A stretch of 64,000 bases of DNA from Myxococcota bacterium (GTDB taxonomy: Bacteria > Myxococcota_A > SURF-8). Both the position numbers and the translations under genes were made by a program. Each line of letters starts with the position of its first letter. Positions within the stretch are counted from its first letter, which is position 1. Shown here one piece after another: positions 27,985-37,441 of the stretch. The stretch is taken from NCBI GenBank assembly GCA_963674735.2, contig CAXXQS010000002.1:1792001-1856000 (forward strand), read 5' to 3'. The notes below the pieces were generated by a model, which saw only the letters and a program-made list of their open reading frames with translations, was not told the DNA's origin and ran no database searches.

Positions 27985-28961
27985 CGCCCGTCGGCGATCA
28001 GTTCGGCAACGCGCGGCGCGTGATAGGTGAGGATCAGATCCGCCCCGGCACGCTTGATGGCCGTCAACGATTCGGTGATGCTGCGGTCGCGGTCCAGCCA
28101 GCCACGGGCGGCGGCGGCCTCGATCATGGCGTATTCACCGCTGACGGCGTAAGCCGCCACCGGCACGCGCGTGGCATCCTTCACGCGCCGGATGACGTCC
28201 AGGTAGGCCAAGGCGGGCTTGACCATCACGATATCGGCTCCTTCTTCCACATCCTGGGCCACCTCGCGCAGGGCTTCGTCGGCGTTGGCCGGGTCCATCT
28301 GATGCGAGCGGCGGTCGCCGAAGGCCGGAGCCGAGTCGACGGCGTTGCGGAAGGGTCCGTAAAAGGCGGAGGCGTATTTGGCGGCATAGGACATGATGGG
28401 CAGCATGTCGAAGCCTTCCTCGTCCAGGGCGGAACGAATGGCCGCCACGCGACCGTCCATCATGTCGGAGGGGGCGATCAGGTCTGCGCCCGCCCGCGCA
28501 AAGGAGACGGCCGAACGCGCCAGCAGCGGCAGGGTGGCGTCGTTGTCGATGGCTTCGCCGTTGAGCAGGCCGCAGTGGCCGTGGGAAGTGTATTCGCACA
28601 GGCAGACGTCCGCCGCCAGCAGAAGCGGCAGCCCGGCCGCTTTGAGTTTGCGCAGCGCCTGTTGCACGATACCCTCGTCGTCGTAGGCCCCCGAGCCGCG
28701 CGGGTCTTTTGCGGCGGGAATGCCGAAGAGAATGAGGGACTTGAGGCCGCGCTCCACCAGCCGTTCGGCTTCGGGGATCAAGCGGTCGAGGGAAAGTTGG
28801 TACTGGCCCGGCATGGAGGAGATTTCGCGCTTGATGTTGGCGCCGTGATGCACGAACATCGGATACATCAGATCGTTGAGCGTGACGGTGGTCTCGCACA
28901 TCAGATCGCGCATGAGTGCCTGCTCGCGCAGACGTCGGAAACGTTGAGTCGGAAACGGCAT
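27969..28961 (-). CDS. hemB: Porphobilinogen synthase
   Basis: DVCLCEYTSHGHCG, APSDMMDGRV, MVKPAL; start reassigned to ATG 28961. Confidence 0.96.
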   Translation of the reverse strand: MPFPTQRFRRLREQALMRDLMCETTVTLNDLMYPMFVHHGANIKREISSMPGQYQLSLDRLIPEAERLVERGLKSLILFGIPAAKDPRGSGAYDDEGIVQQALRKLKAAGLPLLLAADVCLCEYTSHGHCGLLNGEAIDNDATLPLLARSAVSFARAGADLIAPSDMMDGRVAAIRSALDEEGFDMLPIMSYAAKYASAFYGPFRNAVDSAPAFGDRRSHQMDPANADEALREVAQDVEEGADIVMVKPALAYLDVIRRVKDATRVPVAAYAVSGEYAMIEAAAARGWLDRDRSITESLTAIKRAGADLILTYHAPRVAELIADGRWPVR

Positions 28962-28995
28962 ATTTGCGTCCTTTTCGGGGTGGTCCCGCTCCCCT

Positions 28996-29691
28996 CTATT
29001 CTTTGTAAAGATAGCCCCGACCGCGCACGGTAATGATATGTTGCGGGTTGTCGGGGTTGCGCTCAAACAATTTTCGCAGACGGACGATGAAGTTGTCAAC
29101 CGTTCGTTCGGTGGGCGACGCCTCCATGCCCCATACTTCTTCTAGAATGTCGGCGCGGGTGAGGATCCGGCCGGGGTTACGCACGAACAATTCGAGCAAC
29201 AGCGCCTCTTTTTCCGACAGCCGCGTCGATCCCTCGCTGTTTAGGCTTTCGCGGGTTTCGAAGTTGACCGTAAAGGTTCCGATTCTGGCATGACGATTGG
29301 AGGGCAATTCGCGCGAGCCTTGACTGCGACGGATAAGCGCCCGCACGCGAGCTAAAAGCTCTTTCATATCGAAGGGTTTGGTGAGGTAGTCGTCGGCTCC
29401 GGCATCCAGCCCGGTCACTTTGTCGAAGACGTCGGCGCGGGCGGTGAGCATCAGAATCGGAGTGCCGATATCCTGGCTGCGCAGGCTTGCGGCCACCGCG
29501 AAGCCGTCCATGCCCGGCAGCATCACATCCAGCACGACCAGGTCGAAAGGGTCGCCGGACAGATTGTCGGCCACTGCGTCGCCACGTGTCAGCCACGTGA
29601 CGGCATAGCCTTCGTGGCGCAGGTTGAGCTGCACCATTTCGCCGATCAGGGTGTCGTCTTCCACCAAAAGGATGCGGGGTTCCATACTCAT
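28996..29691 (-). CDS. OmpR/PhoB-family response regulator
   Basis: LLVEDD, LDVMLP, GADDYLTKPF, RTVDNFIVRLRK, TVRGRGY. Confidence 0.95.
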   Translation of the reverse strand: MSMEPRILLVEDDTLIGEMVQLNLRHEGYAVTWLTRGDAVADNLSGDPFDLVVLDVMLPGMDGFAVAASLRSQDIGTPILMLTARADVFDKVTGLDAGADDYLTKPFDMKELLARVRALIRRSQGSRELPSNRHARIGTFTVNFETRESLNSEGSTRLSEKEALLLELFVRNPGRILTRADILEEVWGMEASPTERTVDNFIVRLRKLFERNPDNPQHIITVRGRGYLYKE

Positions 29692-29693
29692 TG

Positions 29694-30842
29694 TCAGTCC
29701 CGGTTGAACGTGATGGTAAAGCGGCTGCCGCGTCCCGGTCCGTCGCTGGCGGCGGTCAGGCGCGCTCCCATGGAGCGCAGCAGCTCAGGGACGATGAAAA
29801 GCCCGAGGCCGTAGCCGCGCGCATCGCCGATGGTTTCACCGTTGCCGCGCCGAAATTTCTCGAACAAAGCGGCCTTGTCCGACTCATTAAACCCGATTCC
29901 CCGGTCGCTGACCTCGATCGATACCGTATCCGCCGCGATCGTGACGGCGACCGCCACTTCGGGATCGGCGGGCGAGTATTTGAAGGCGTTGTCGAGCAGG
30001 TTGTGCATCACCTGGCGCATCAAATCGGGGTCGGCTTGCACCGTGGCTTCATCGCCGCCGCTACTTGTGAAACTGGACTGCTGCGTGGGAAAGATCTGGT
30101 TGCGGCGCTCGACGAACTCGCGCGTTTCCGCCACCAGCTTTATCTCGCGCAGGTGTGCCGAAAAAACGTCGCGTCCGAGGCGGTTGGCCATCAGCACGTT
30201 TTCCAAAAGGCGCTGCAGGCGCGCGGTTTCGGTGAGTCCCAAGCGGGCATAGCGCGGGATATCCGCTTCGCCGACCGTGTGCGCCGCCAGGGTTTCCAGA
30301 AGCGCCCGGACTCCCGCCAGCGGGGTCTTCAGCTCGTGGGAGACGGCCTGGAAAAAAGTTTCCATCTCTCGCCGGTTGCGTTGTTCGGTGGCCAGCAACC
30401 GGTGGAAGATGAGAATGCAGACGCCGATCAACAAAAGCAGTAGAACACCCTCGCCGAAGATCATCAAGCGTCGCCGTTGGTGTTTCCGGCGAAGTTCGTC
30501 GAGTGCGGGGGCCTGGGTGCGCAGGGCCAAGGCGGGCCACTTGGGGGTGAGCACATAACTGTAAAGGCCTTCGGCCGTTTCGGCGGCGGGTACGATTTCG
30601 AAAGGACCGTCGAAGGCTTTCTGTTCGCGCGGATCGAGGTCGCGGTGCCCCAGTTCCACCGCCTGCAGTCGCGCTTTGGCGGCCAGTTCGGACAGGCGCA
30701 CCCGGTGCAGCGTCTGCACTTCCGACCAATGCAGGATGAACCACCACGAGCCCAGCGCCACAAGCAGCAGCAGCGAAACGCCGAAGAGCAGGTTGGGACC
30801 GCTCAGCAGGCGGCGCGGGTCGATGGGGGTGTGGTGTCGCAC
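29694..30842 (-). CDS. Membrane sensor histidine kinase
   Basis: Two TM helices around a short loop; SHELKTPL, NLLDNAFKY, DRGIG, GYGLGL. Confidence 0.93.
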   Translation of the reverse strand: MRHHTPIDPRRLLSGPNLLFGVSLLLLVALGSWWFILHWSEVQTLHRVRLSELAAKARLQAVELGHRDLDPREQKAFDGPFEIVPAAETAEGLYSYVLTPKWPALALRTQAPALDELRRKHQRRRLMIFGEGVLLLLLIGVCILIFHRLLATEQRNRREMETFFQAVSHELKTPLAGVRALLETLAAHTVGEADIPRYARLGLTETARLQRLLENVLMANRLGRDVFSAHLREIKLVAETREFVERRNQIFPTQQSSFTSSGGDEATVQADPDLMRQVMHNLLDNAFKYSPADPEVAVAVTIAADTVSIEVSDRGIGFNESDKAALFEKFRRGNGETIGDARGYGLGLFIVPELLRSMGARLTAASDGPGRGSRFTITFNRD

Positions 30843-30856
30843 AAAGACTCCCGTCT

Positions 30857-32140
30857 TTAGTTTGCGGCCAAGGTTTCACGCCAGGCGGCGGCCAGTCCGC
30901 GAAGCTGTTCGGGGGTGTGCGCGGCCGACAGAAACGCGACCTCCCAGGCCGACGGCGCGAGGTAATAACCCCGATTGAGCATGGCGCGATGGGCGATATT
31001 ATAGCGCGAAATGGCCGTTTTCGCCACCCGGTCGGAGCGGCGCGGCATCTCGCCCTCGGCCAGATGCAGCCAGGCGATGGACCCGACCCGGCGGCTGTTG
31101 AAAAACGGAATTTCCGCTTTTACGGCCGCGCAGGCCTCATCGAGTACGCCACCCAGCCGTTCCAGGTCTTCGTAGATGCGGCCGTCCTGCAAAATGCGCA
31201 GGGTCGCGGCTCCGGCCGCCATGGCGACGGGATTGCCCGAGAGCGTGCCTGCTTGATACACTGCTCCGTTGGGGGCCAGCTTTTCCATCAATTCCGCCGA
31301 CCCGACCACCGCGCCGACCGGCATGCCGCCGCCGACGATTTTGCCCAGCGTCACCAGATCGGGCCGGATGTTCACGGCGTGCATGTAGCCGCCGAAGCGC
31401 AGACGCAGCCCGCTGATGACTTCGTCGAAGATGAGCAAGGCGTTGTTTTTGATGGTGATTTCGCGTAAAAATTGCAGGTATTCGGGGCGTTGTTCGAGCA
31501 GGCCCGAGTTGGCGGGCAGGGGTTCGAGAATCACGGCGGCGATCTGTCCGGCGTTTTCGGCGAACAGACGCTCCACGGCGGCTTCGTCGTCCAGCGGCGC
31601 AACCAGCGTTTGTGCCGCGATGGCTTCGGGGACGCCCGCGCTGGAGGCGATGCCTTGGGTGATCAGGCCGCTGCCCGCCTCAACCAGCAGGTGATCGGCG
31701 TGGCCGTGGTAACAGCCCTCGAACTTGATGATTTTGGGGCGGTCGGTGGCTCCGCGCGCCAGGCGAATGGCGGTCATCACCGCCTCGGTGCCCGAGCTGA
31801 CGAAACGCACCCGCTCGAATTCGGGAAAGGCGGCGAGTACAAGCTCCGCCAGTTCGATTTCGCGGACCGAACAGGCGCCGAAACTCAAGCCTTCTTCCAT
31901 CGCTTCGCGTGCGGCGGTCAGAACGGTCGGGTGGGCGTGGCCCAGAATCAGCGGTCCCCACGACTGGCAGAAGTCCACCAACTCGTTGCCGTCCGCATCG
32001 GTAACGGTGGCTCCGTGACCTTTTTGGAAGAACACGGGATCGCCGCCCACGCTGTTGAAGGCGCGCACGGGGGAATTCACGCCGCCGGGCATCAACTGCC
32101 GGGCGCGTTCGAACAAGGCTTTCGATCGATCATTTTTCAT
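30857..32140 (-). CDS. hemL: Glutamate-1-semialdehyde 2,1-aminomutase
   Basis: MPGGVNSPVRAF, SGTEA, FDEV, GKIVGGGMP, YQAGTLSGNP; start ATG 32140. Confidence 0.96.
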   Translation of the reverse strand: MKNDRSKALFERARQLMPGGVNSPVRAFNSVGGDPVFFQKGHGATVTDADGNELVDFCQSWGPLILGHAHPTVLTAAREAMEEGLSFGACSVREIELAELVLAAFPEFERVRFVSSGTEAVMTAIRLARGATDRPKIIKFEGCYHGHADHLLVEAGSGLITQGIASSAGVPEAIAAQTLVAPLDDEAAVERLFAENAGQIAAVILEPLPANSGLLEQRPEYLQFLREITIKNNALLIFDEVISGLRLRFGGYMHAVNIRPDLVTLGKIVGGGMPVGAVVGSAELMEKLAPNGAVYQAGTLSGNPVAMAAGAATLRILQDGRIYEDLERLGGVLDEACAAVKAEIPFFNSRRVGSIAWLHLAEGEMPRRSDRVAKTAISRYNIAHRAMLNRGYYLAPSAWEVAFLSAAHTPEQLRGLAAAWRETLAAN

Positions 32141-32182
32141 GTCGTCTCCCGTTCCGAAAGAAAAGGATATCGGTATCATGGT

Positions 32183-32935
32183 CTATTTCGGTGTGCGGTG
32201 CAAGAGTTGCCGCACCGCTTCGCCCAAGGCCTCCGTGTCGGTAGCGCGGGCCAATGTCGGTGTCCATCCAATCTGCCGTAGCGCCTCGGCGGTGGTGGTT
32301 CCGATGGCCACTACTCCCACACGCGGCGGGTTGGGGTTGTGTCTGCGGTAGCGCGTGACGGCGCTGGGGCTGGCGAAGACCGCCACATCCACCGATTCGC
32401 CGATCGGCGGCACGGGCACCGCGCGGTTTTCATAGACCGTCAGCGGATAGATCAAGTGCCCCGCTTCCGCCAACGCCCGCGACGCCGCATCACGGCTGTT
32501 GCTGCCGCGCACAGCCAGGATGCGACTCTTCGGCGACAGCTTGGGCCCTAGTTGCGCCGCCAGCTGTGCGCCCGTGGCCGGGTCGGCAACCTCTGTGACC
32601 GGCCAGCCGTAGCGCTCGATTTCGGCCGCCGTGGCCGGACCCACGGCTCCCACCTGCGACGGCGCATCGGGTATACCATGCGACTGCGTGGCCCGCCACG
32701 CGAAAAAACCTTTCACGCCATGGCGACTGGCGAACAGGGCCGCGTCGAGGTACTCGGGCAGAGCGGCCGCTTCGTCGAGATCTGGATTGCGCAAACGGAT
32801 GTCCAGCGCAGGCGCTTCGAGCACCCGCAGGCCGCTTGTTTCCAGCAAGGTTTTCAACGCGGCGTTGTCTTCCGCCCGGCGCGTCAGAACGACGACGCCT
32901 ACAGGCCGAAGGGTTGTGCGATCGCTCCCTGCCAT
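32183..32935 (-). CDS. hemD: Uroporphyrinogen-III synthase
   Basis: VVLTR, FASRHGV, AVGPATA, VYEN, FASPSAV, AIGTTTA; follows hemC. Confidence 0.88.
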   Translation of the reverse strand: MAGSDRTTLRPVGVVVLTRRAEDNAALKTLLETSGLRVLEAPALDIRLRNPDLDEAAALPEYLDAALFASRHGVKGFFAWRATQSHGIPDAPSQVGAVGPATAAEIERYGWPVTEVADPATGAQLAAQLGPKLSPKSRILAVRGSNSRDAASRALAEAGHLIYPLTVYENRAVPVPPIGESVDVAVFASPSAVTRYRRHNPNPPRVGVVAIGTTTAEALRQIGWTPTLARATDTEALGEAVRQLLHRTPK

Positions 32936-33858
32936 GTCGCTTCTTCCTCCTTGCCGTCGAGCACCGCCGCCATACGTGCATAGGCGGCTTCCAGAACATC
33001 CTCGTCGCGGGTCGCTTCGACCATCGTCGCGCGCCAGACGCCTGTGGCGTCTTCGTGACCGAGACGAACGGTGATTTGGTGATCGTCGATGACGGCCCAG
33101 GCCCCGAAGGCCGTGTGACAGCCGCCCTCGAAACGCGCCAGCAGACCGCGTTCGAGGGTCACAGCGCGGAAGCTCGTTTCGTCGTGGAAACCTTGCAACC
33201 GCTCCCGCATGAGGGAATCACCCTCGCGAATTTCGAGACCCAGTACGGCCTGTCCCGCCGCCGGCAGCCACACGCGCGGGTCCAACTCGTAGGCCAGCAA
33301 ACCGTCCAGCGACAAACCGAGGCGGTCGATGCCCGCGCGCGCGATGATGATGGCGTCGTAGTCGCCCCGGCGCAGTTTGTCCAAGCGCGTGGGGACGTTA
33401 CCGCGCAGCATGAGCGGTTCGAGATCGGGGGCGAAGCGGCGCACCAGAGACTGGCGACGCAGGGACGTTGCGCCCAGCTTGCCGCCCGCCTTCACCGGCA
33501 GGGGACGTCCCGGCGCGTGCGCAGCGGGATGCACCAGCAGCAGATCGGCCACCGCCGCGCGTCGGCTGACCGCCCCGAGGGCGAGTCCGGCGGGCAGAGT
33601 GGTGGGCAGATCTTTCAACGAATGCACCGCCAGATCGACGCGTCCGGCCAAGAGCTCGTCTTCGATCTCCTTGGTGAAAAAGCCTTTGTCCGCCTGCCCT
33701 TGCAGCGATTGATCCAAAAAGCGGTCGCCCGCCGTTTTGATGATGATGATATCCGCGCCGCCCGGCAGCGCGGCCGCCACGTGGTCGGCCTGCCAACGGG
33801 CCAGTTGACTGCCGCGCGAGCCGATCACCGGCCGGGGCTGTACCGCCTCATTCGTCAT
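32899..33858 (-). CDS. hemC: Hydroxymethylbilane synthase
   Basis: GSRGSQLARWQ, KGFFTKEIE, VHSLKDLP, RGNVPTRL, EGGC. Confidence 0.95.
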   Translation of the reverse strand: MTNEAVQPRPVIGSRGSQLARWQADHVAAALPGGADIIIIKTAGDRFLDQSLQGQADKGFFTKEIEDELLAGRVDLAVHSLKDLPTTLPAGLALGAVSRRAAVADLLLVHPAAHAPGRPLPVKAGGKLGATSLRRQSLVRRFAPDLEPLMLRGNVPTRLDKLRRGDYDAIIIARAGIDRLGLSLDGLLAYELDPRVWLPAAGQAVLGLEIREGDSLMRERLQGFHDETSFRAVTLERGLLARFEGGCHTAFGAWAVIDDHQITVRLGHEDATGVWRATMVEATRDEDVLEAAYARMAAVLDGKEEEATWQGAIAQPFGL

Positions 33859-35071
33859 TGGGTTTCTCCGAGGTCTGATGAATCGAATCGAAAATGGCGT
33901 TGGTGTAATCGCGCACCGCCCCTCGCAGGCGGAAGGTCAGCCGCCGCCGTTGTTCCTCCGTGAGGTTGGGCAGTTCCTCCGCGATGACCGCCGGGATGAT
34001 ATCGTGAATGGTGCGCTCGTGCTGGTCCTGGGCGGCTTGCAAAACCGTGACCAGATCGCGTTCGCGGCAGAAACGTTCGAACTCGTTTAAAAGCCCGTCG
34101 AGGATATCCTCCACCTGGCGCACCTTTTCGATGTCGCGCGCTTTGAGCCAGATGGTGGATTGCAGGCGGTCGAGGTCGGTGAGGGTGACGCCGTCGAGCT
34201 TCCCCACGGCGGATTCCACTTGCAGCGGGATACCCAGATCGACGACTTCCAGCGGATGGTCGCTCGGGCGCGCGGCGATCATGGCGGGAGTGATCAGGGG
34301 CTCGAAAGCGCCGCTGCACACCACCACGGCGTCGGCGCGGGCGAGCAGTTCGGGTAAGCGGTCGAGCGGCTCAATGGCATCGCGGGCGAGCGGATTGATG
34401 CTGCGATTGGCCACCGTCAGCGCCCATTTCGTGCGCACGCGCAGGCTTTGGGCCACCTGCCGTCCGATGGCGCCATAGCCGACGATCAGCACGGCCGCGG
34501 AAGACTGGGGGTCGAGTTTCTGTGACAGGTAACGCACGGCGGCGTCGTGGACGCCGCGCAGACTGAGATCGGCCAGCTGGATGTGCTTGGTGTCGCGCGT
34601 CGCCCGTCCGCAAACGGAGCCCAGTCCGTTCAAGATCACCGAGGAGCGTTTGAATTGGCGAGCCACGTTGAAGGCGCAGTGAACCTGGGTGGCGATCTGC
34701 CGTTCGCCGATGACGAAGGATTCGAGCCCGGCCGTAACGTGCAGCAGATGTCGTGCCGCTGCGGAGCCGACGAAGGTGTAGGGCTCGGGAACCTTTTCCT
34801 GTCCGCTGCGTTCCTGCAGAATACGGATCATCTGGGCGCGTAGAATCTGGGCGGTCCAGTCGGGGGTCTCGGTGGAGGCGATCCACTCGTTGCGGTTGCA
34901 GGTGTTGAGCACCGCCAGCCCGTTGAGCATGCCGCCTTGGTCCAGACGCCGGGCCAGTTCTTCCTGCTCGTCCGTTTTGAGGATCAACCGGGCGCGCCAG
35001 CCCGCCGAGGCGCGGCGAAAATCGTAGCCCACCACGGCCAGGGGAATGTTAATCTGTCCGTTCGTCGCCAT
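33848..35071 (-). CDS. hemA: Glutamyl-tRNA reductase (divergent)
   Basis: TCNRNE, GLESFVIGERQI, GYGAIG, VANRS, DLGIP. Confidence 0.85.
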   Translation of the reverse strand: MATNGQINIPLAVVGYDFRRASAGWRARLILKTDEQEELARRLDQGGMLNGLAVLNTCNRNEWIASTETPDWTAQILRAQMIRILQERSGQEKVPEPYTFVGSAAARHLLHVTAGLESFVIGERQIATQVHCAFNVARQFKRSSVILNGLGSVCGRATRDTKHIQLADLSLRGVHDAAVRYLSQKLDPQSSAAVLIVGYGAIGRQVAQSLRVRTKWALTVANRSINPLARDAIEPLDRLPELLARADAVVVCSGAFEPLITPAMIAARPSDHPLEVVDLGIPLQVESAVGKLDGVTLTDLDRLQSTIWLKARDIEKVRQVEDILDGLLNEFERFCRERDLVTVLQAAQDQHERTIHDIIPAVIAEELPNLTEEQRRRLTFRLRGAVRDYTNAIFDSIHQTSEKPNDE

Positions 35072-35073
35072 GG

Positions 35074-36447
35074 CTATCGGTCCCGATCCGCCGCCGCCAG
35101 GTCGGCCAGAACCATGTCGGCCGCCTGCCGTCCGCTTTCGGCGGAGTCGTTCATACCGACGCCCGACAGGTAGTTGCCCGCCAGAACCAGCGCGCCCAAT
35201 TCGGCGGTTCGTTCCTTCAGTTGTGCGATGCGGTTGAGGTGGCCGGGCACCATCTGCGGAATCGCTTCGGCGTGGCGCAAAACGCGGGTGAAAACCGGTG
35301 TCATGCGCCGCCCTAGAATGGCTTCCGTGTCGGTGAGCGCCGCTTCGATCAGGGCCGCGTCATCGAGGCTGAGGGCGTCGGCGTCGAGCACCCCGCCGAT
35401 GTAAAAAGACAGCAACTCGTGGCCGTCGGGGGCGCGTTCGGGGTAGAGCTTGGACATGAAGATGCAGCCCAGGCTGCGGATGTTTTGTCCGCGCGGTACG
35501 AGGAAGCCGAAGCCGTCGGGGACGGCCGTCGCATCGTCGCCGCCAATCCCCAGGTGCACCACCGCCATGGGCGCCATTTCGACTTGCCTGAGCAGCGTTG
35601 CCATTTCGGCCGAAACCGGATCGATCAACGCCGCCGCTTCACCGGGCGGGATGGCCAGCACCACCGAACGCGCGTGGTATTCGGCCACGTCGGTGCGGAT
35701 GAACCAGTGGTCGTCGAGACGTTTCAGGTGTCGCACCGGTTCGTCGGTCTGCACGGCGGTGCCCAGATCCTTCGCCAGGCGGTCGGTGAGCACCACCATG
35801 CCGCCGCGAAAACTGAACAGCCCGCGCCGCTTGGGACGATCGGGGCGAGCCTTGCGCTTGGCTTTCATGTAGCGTCGCGCTCCGCGGATCATGCTTCCGG
35901 CGTCGCGTTCCCAGCGCCACATTTTCGGAAAGGCGTCGCGTGCGCCCAGGCGTTCCGGGTCGCCGCCGTAGATGCCCGAAACGAAGGGACCGATCACCCA
36001 CTTCGTCGCTTCGTCTCCCAAGCGGCGGCGGAAGAAGTCGGCTGCGCTTTCCTGCTCGCGCGCTCCGCCCGGAATCAGCGGCTCGGCCATGAGACGCAGC
36101 TTGGCTCCCATGCTGAGCAGGCCGGTGGTAACGAAAGAACCGGGACTCATGGGCAGGGGATTCAAGCGCCCGTTGCGCCAGATGTAACGCGCCTGACTGA
36201 CGGGTGCGGCCGCGACCACGTGGTCGTTCATTTTGAGGTCGTCCACCAGATCCCACACCGCGTCGGCGCTGGGGATGAAGCTGTGCGGGCCCATGTCGTA
36301 GGTGTAGCCGTCTTCGCTCACCGCGCGCAGATTGCCGCCCGGCTGTGCGTAGGCTTCCAACACCAGAACGTCCAGCCCTTCGCGTTTGAGTTGCCAGGCG
36401 CAGGACAATCCCGAGATGCCTCCGCCGATAACCAGAACGTCTTTCAT
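35074..36447 (-). CDS. hemY: HemY-type protoporphyrinogen/coproporphyrinogen oxidase
   Basis: VIGGGISGL, MGPHSF, SGIYGGDP, GFGFLVP, AIPQ, AGNYLSGVG; ATG 36447 overlaps the hemH stop. Confidence 0.9.
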   Translation of the reverse strand: MKDVLVIGGGISGLSCAWQLKREGLDVLVLEAYAQPGGNLRAVSEDGYTYDMGPHSFIPSADAVWDLVDDLKMNDHVVAAAPVSQARYIWRNGRLNPLPMSPGSFVTTGLLSMGAKLRLMAEPLIPGGAREQESAADFFRRRLGDEATKWVIGPFVSGIYGGDPERLGARDAFPKMWRWERDAGSMIRGARRYMKAKRKARPDRPKRRGLFSFRGGMVVLTDRLAKDLGTAVQTDEPVRHLKRLDDHWFIRTDVAEYHARSVVLAIPPGEAAALIDPVSAEMATLLRQVEMAPMAVVHLGIGGDDATAVPDGFGFLVPRGQNIRSLGCIFMSKLYPERAPDGHELLSFYIGGVLDADALSLDDAALIEAALTDTEAILGRRMTPVFTRVLRHAEAIPQMVPGHLNRIAQLKERTAELGALVLAGNYLSGVGMNDSAESGRQAADMVLADLAAADRDR

Positions 36448-37430
36448 TCCACCCCCTCCTGTTGTATCTCCCGCAGGCTTCGGCGCAGCCGTTCCGCCAG
36501 CCCGTCGATGAAAAGCGGGTCGGTTTGCACGGTGGGAATGCGCTCGAAGCGCCGGATCCCCGCCTTTTCGGCCAGGGTGCGCAGTTCGATATCGAGTTCG
36601 TAAAGGGTTTCGATGTGCTCGCTGACGAAACTGACCGGAACCAGCACGATGTCTTTGACGCCCTTGGCGCCCAGTGCGGCGACGGTCTCGTCGAGATAGG
36701 GTTTCATCCAGGTAACCGGTCCCAGGCGGCTTTGAAAGGCCAGCGTCCAATCGATCCCTTCGGGCAGGCGTTGGCGGATGGCCGCCACGGTGGCGTCTAC
36801 CTGCTTGGGGTAGGGGTCGCCCTTGTTCACCATGCGCTGGGGCAGGCCGTGGGCCGAAAACAGCAGCGTGGGGTGGTCGAGATAGGGTAGACGCGCATCG
36901 ATCTGACGCGCCATGGCCTCGGCGAAGCCGTCGAGATCCGCGAAGCCGTCGATGGGCTTGACCTGCAGCCCGGCCGCCTCGGCTTCCTGCGTGAAGCTTT
37001 GCAGCGCCGCCCGGCTGGTTGCGCCGCAGGCCTGCGGATAGAGCGGCAAGGCGAAGACATGCGTAACGCCTTTCGCCTGCAACTCGCCGATGGCTTGAGC
37101 GGCGCGCGGGGCGGAGTAACTCATGGCGAGCGTCACCGGCCAGCCTTTGTCGGCCAATGCCGCCTCCAGCGCTCGGGCCTGATCCTCGGTTTGGGGCACC
37201 TGCGGCGAGCCGCCGCCGATTTCGCGATAATGCGGGGCCACTTTGGGAGCGCGTTTGCGGGCGATGCGTCGCGCCAGGGCCCGGCGGACAAAGCCGATGG
37301 GGATGCCCGTCACCGCCGGATCGGACAGCAACTCGGTTAAAAAAGGTTCGATGTCGTCCAGACTGCGCGGACCCCCCATGTTGAGCAGCACCACGCCCCA
37401 GTTCGTTTCCGTCTCCGGCGCTGTTTTCAC
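36444..37430 (-). CDS. hemH: Ferrochelatase
   Basis: LLNMGGP, PLYPQ, FSAHGLP, GDPY, FQSRLGP, FVSEHIETLYELD. Confidence 0.95.
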   Translation of the reverse strand: MKTAPETETNWGVVLLNMGGPRSLDDIEPFLTELLSDPAVTGIPIGFVRRALARRIARKRAPKVAPHYREIGGGSPQVPQTEDQARALEAALADKGWPVTLAMSYSAPRAAQAIGELQAKGVTHVFALPLYPQACGATSRAALQSFTQEAEAAGLQVKPIDGFADLDGFAEAMARQIDARLPYLDHPTLLFSAHGLPQRMVNKGDPYPKQVDATVAAIRQRLPEGIDWTLAFQSRLGPVTWMKPYLDETVAALGAKGVKDIVLVPVSFVSEHIETLYELDIELRTLAEKAGIRRFERIPTVQTDPLFIDGLAERLRRSLREIQQEGVE

Positions 37431-37441
37431 CCTTGCCTCCT

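Noticed and set aside
36448-36750. Long N-terminal extension of HemY in the ORF track
   Set aside because: Overlaps hemH; an ATG at 36447 with RBS directly precedes the FAD motif.
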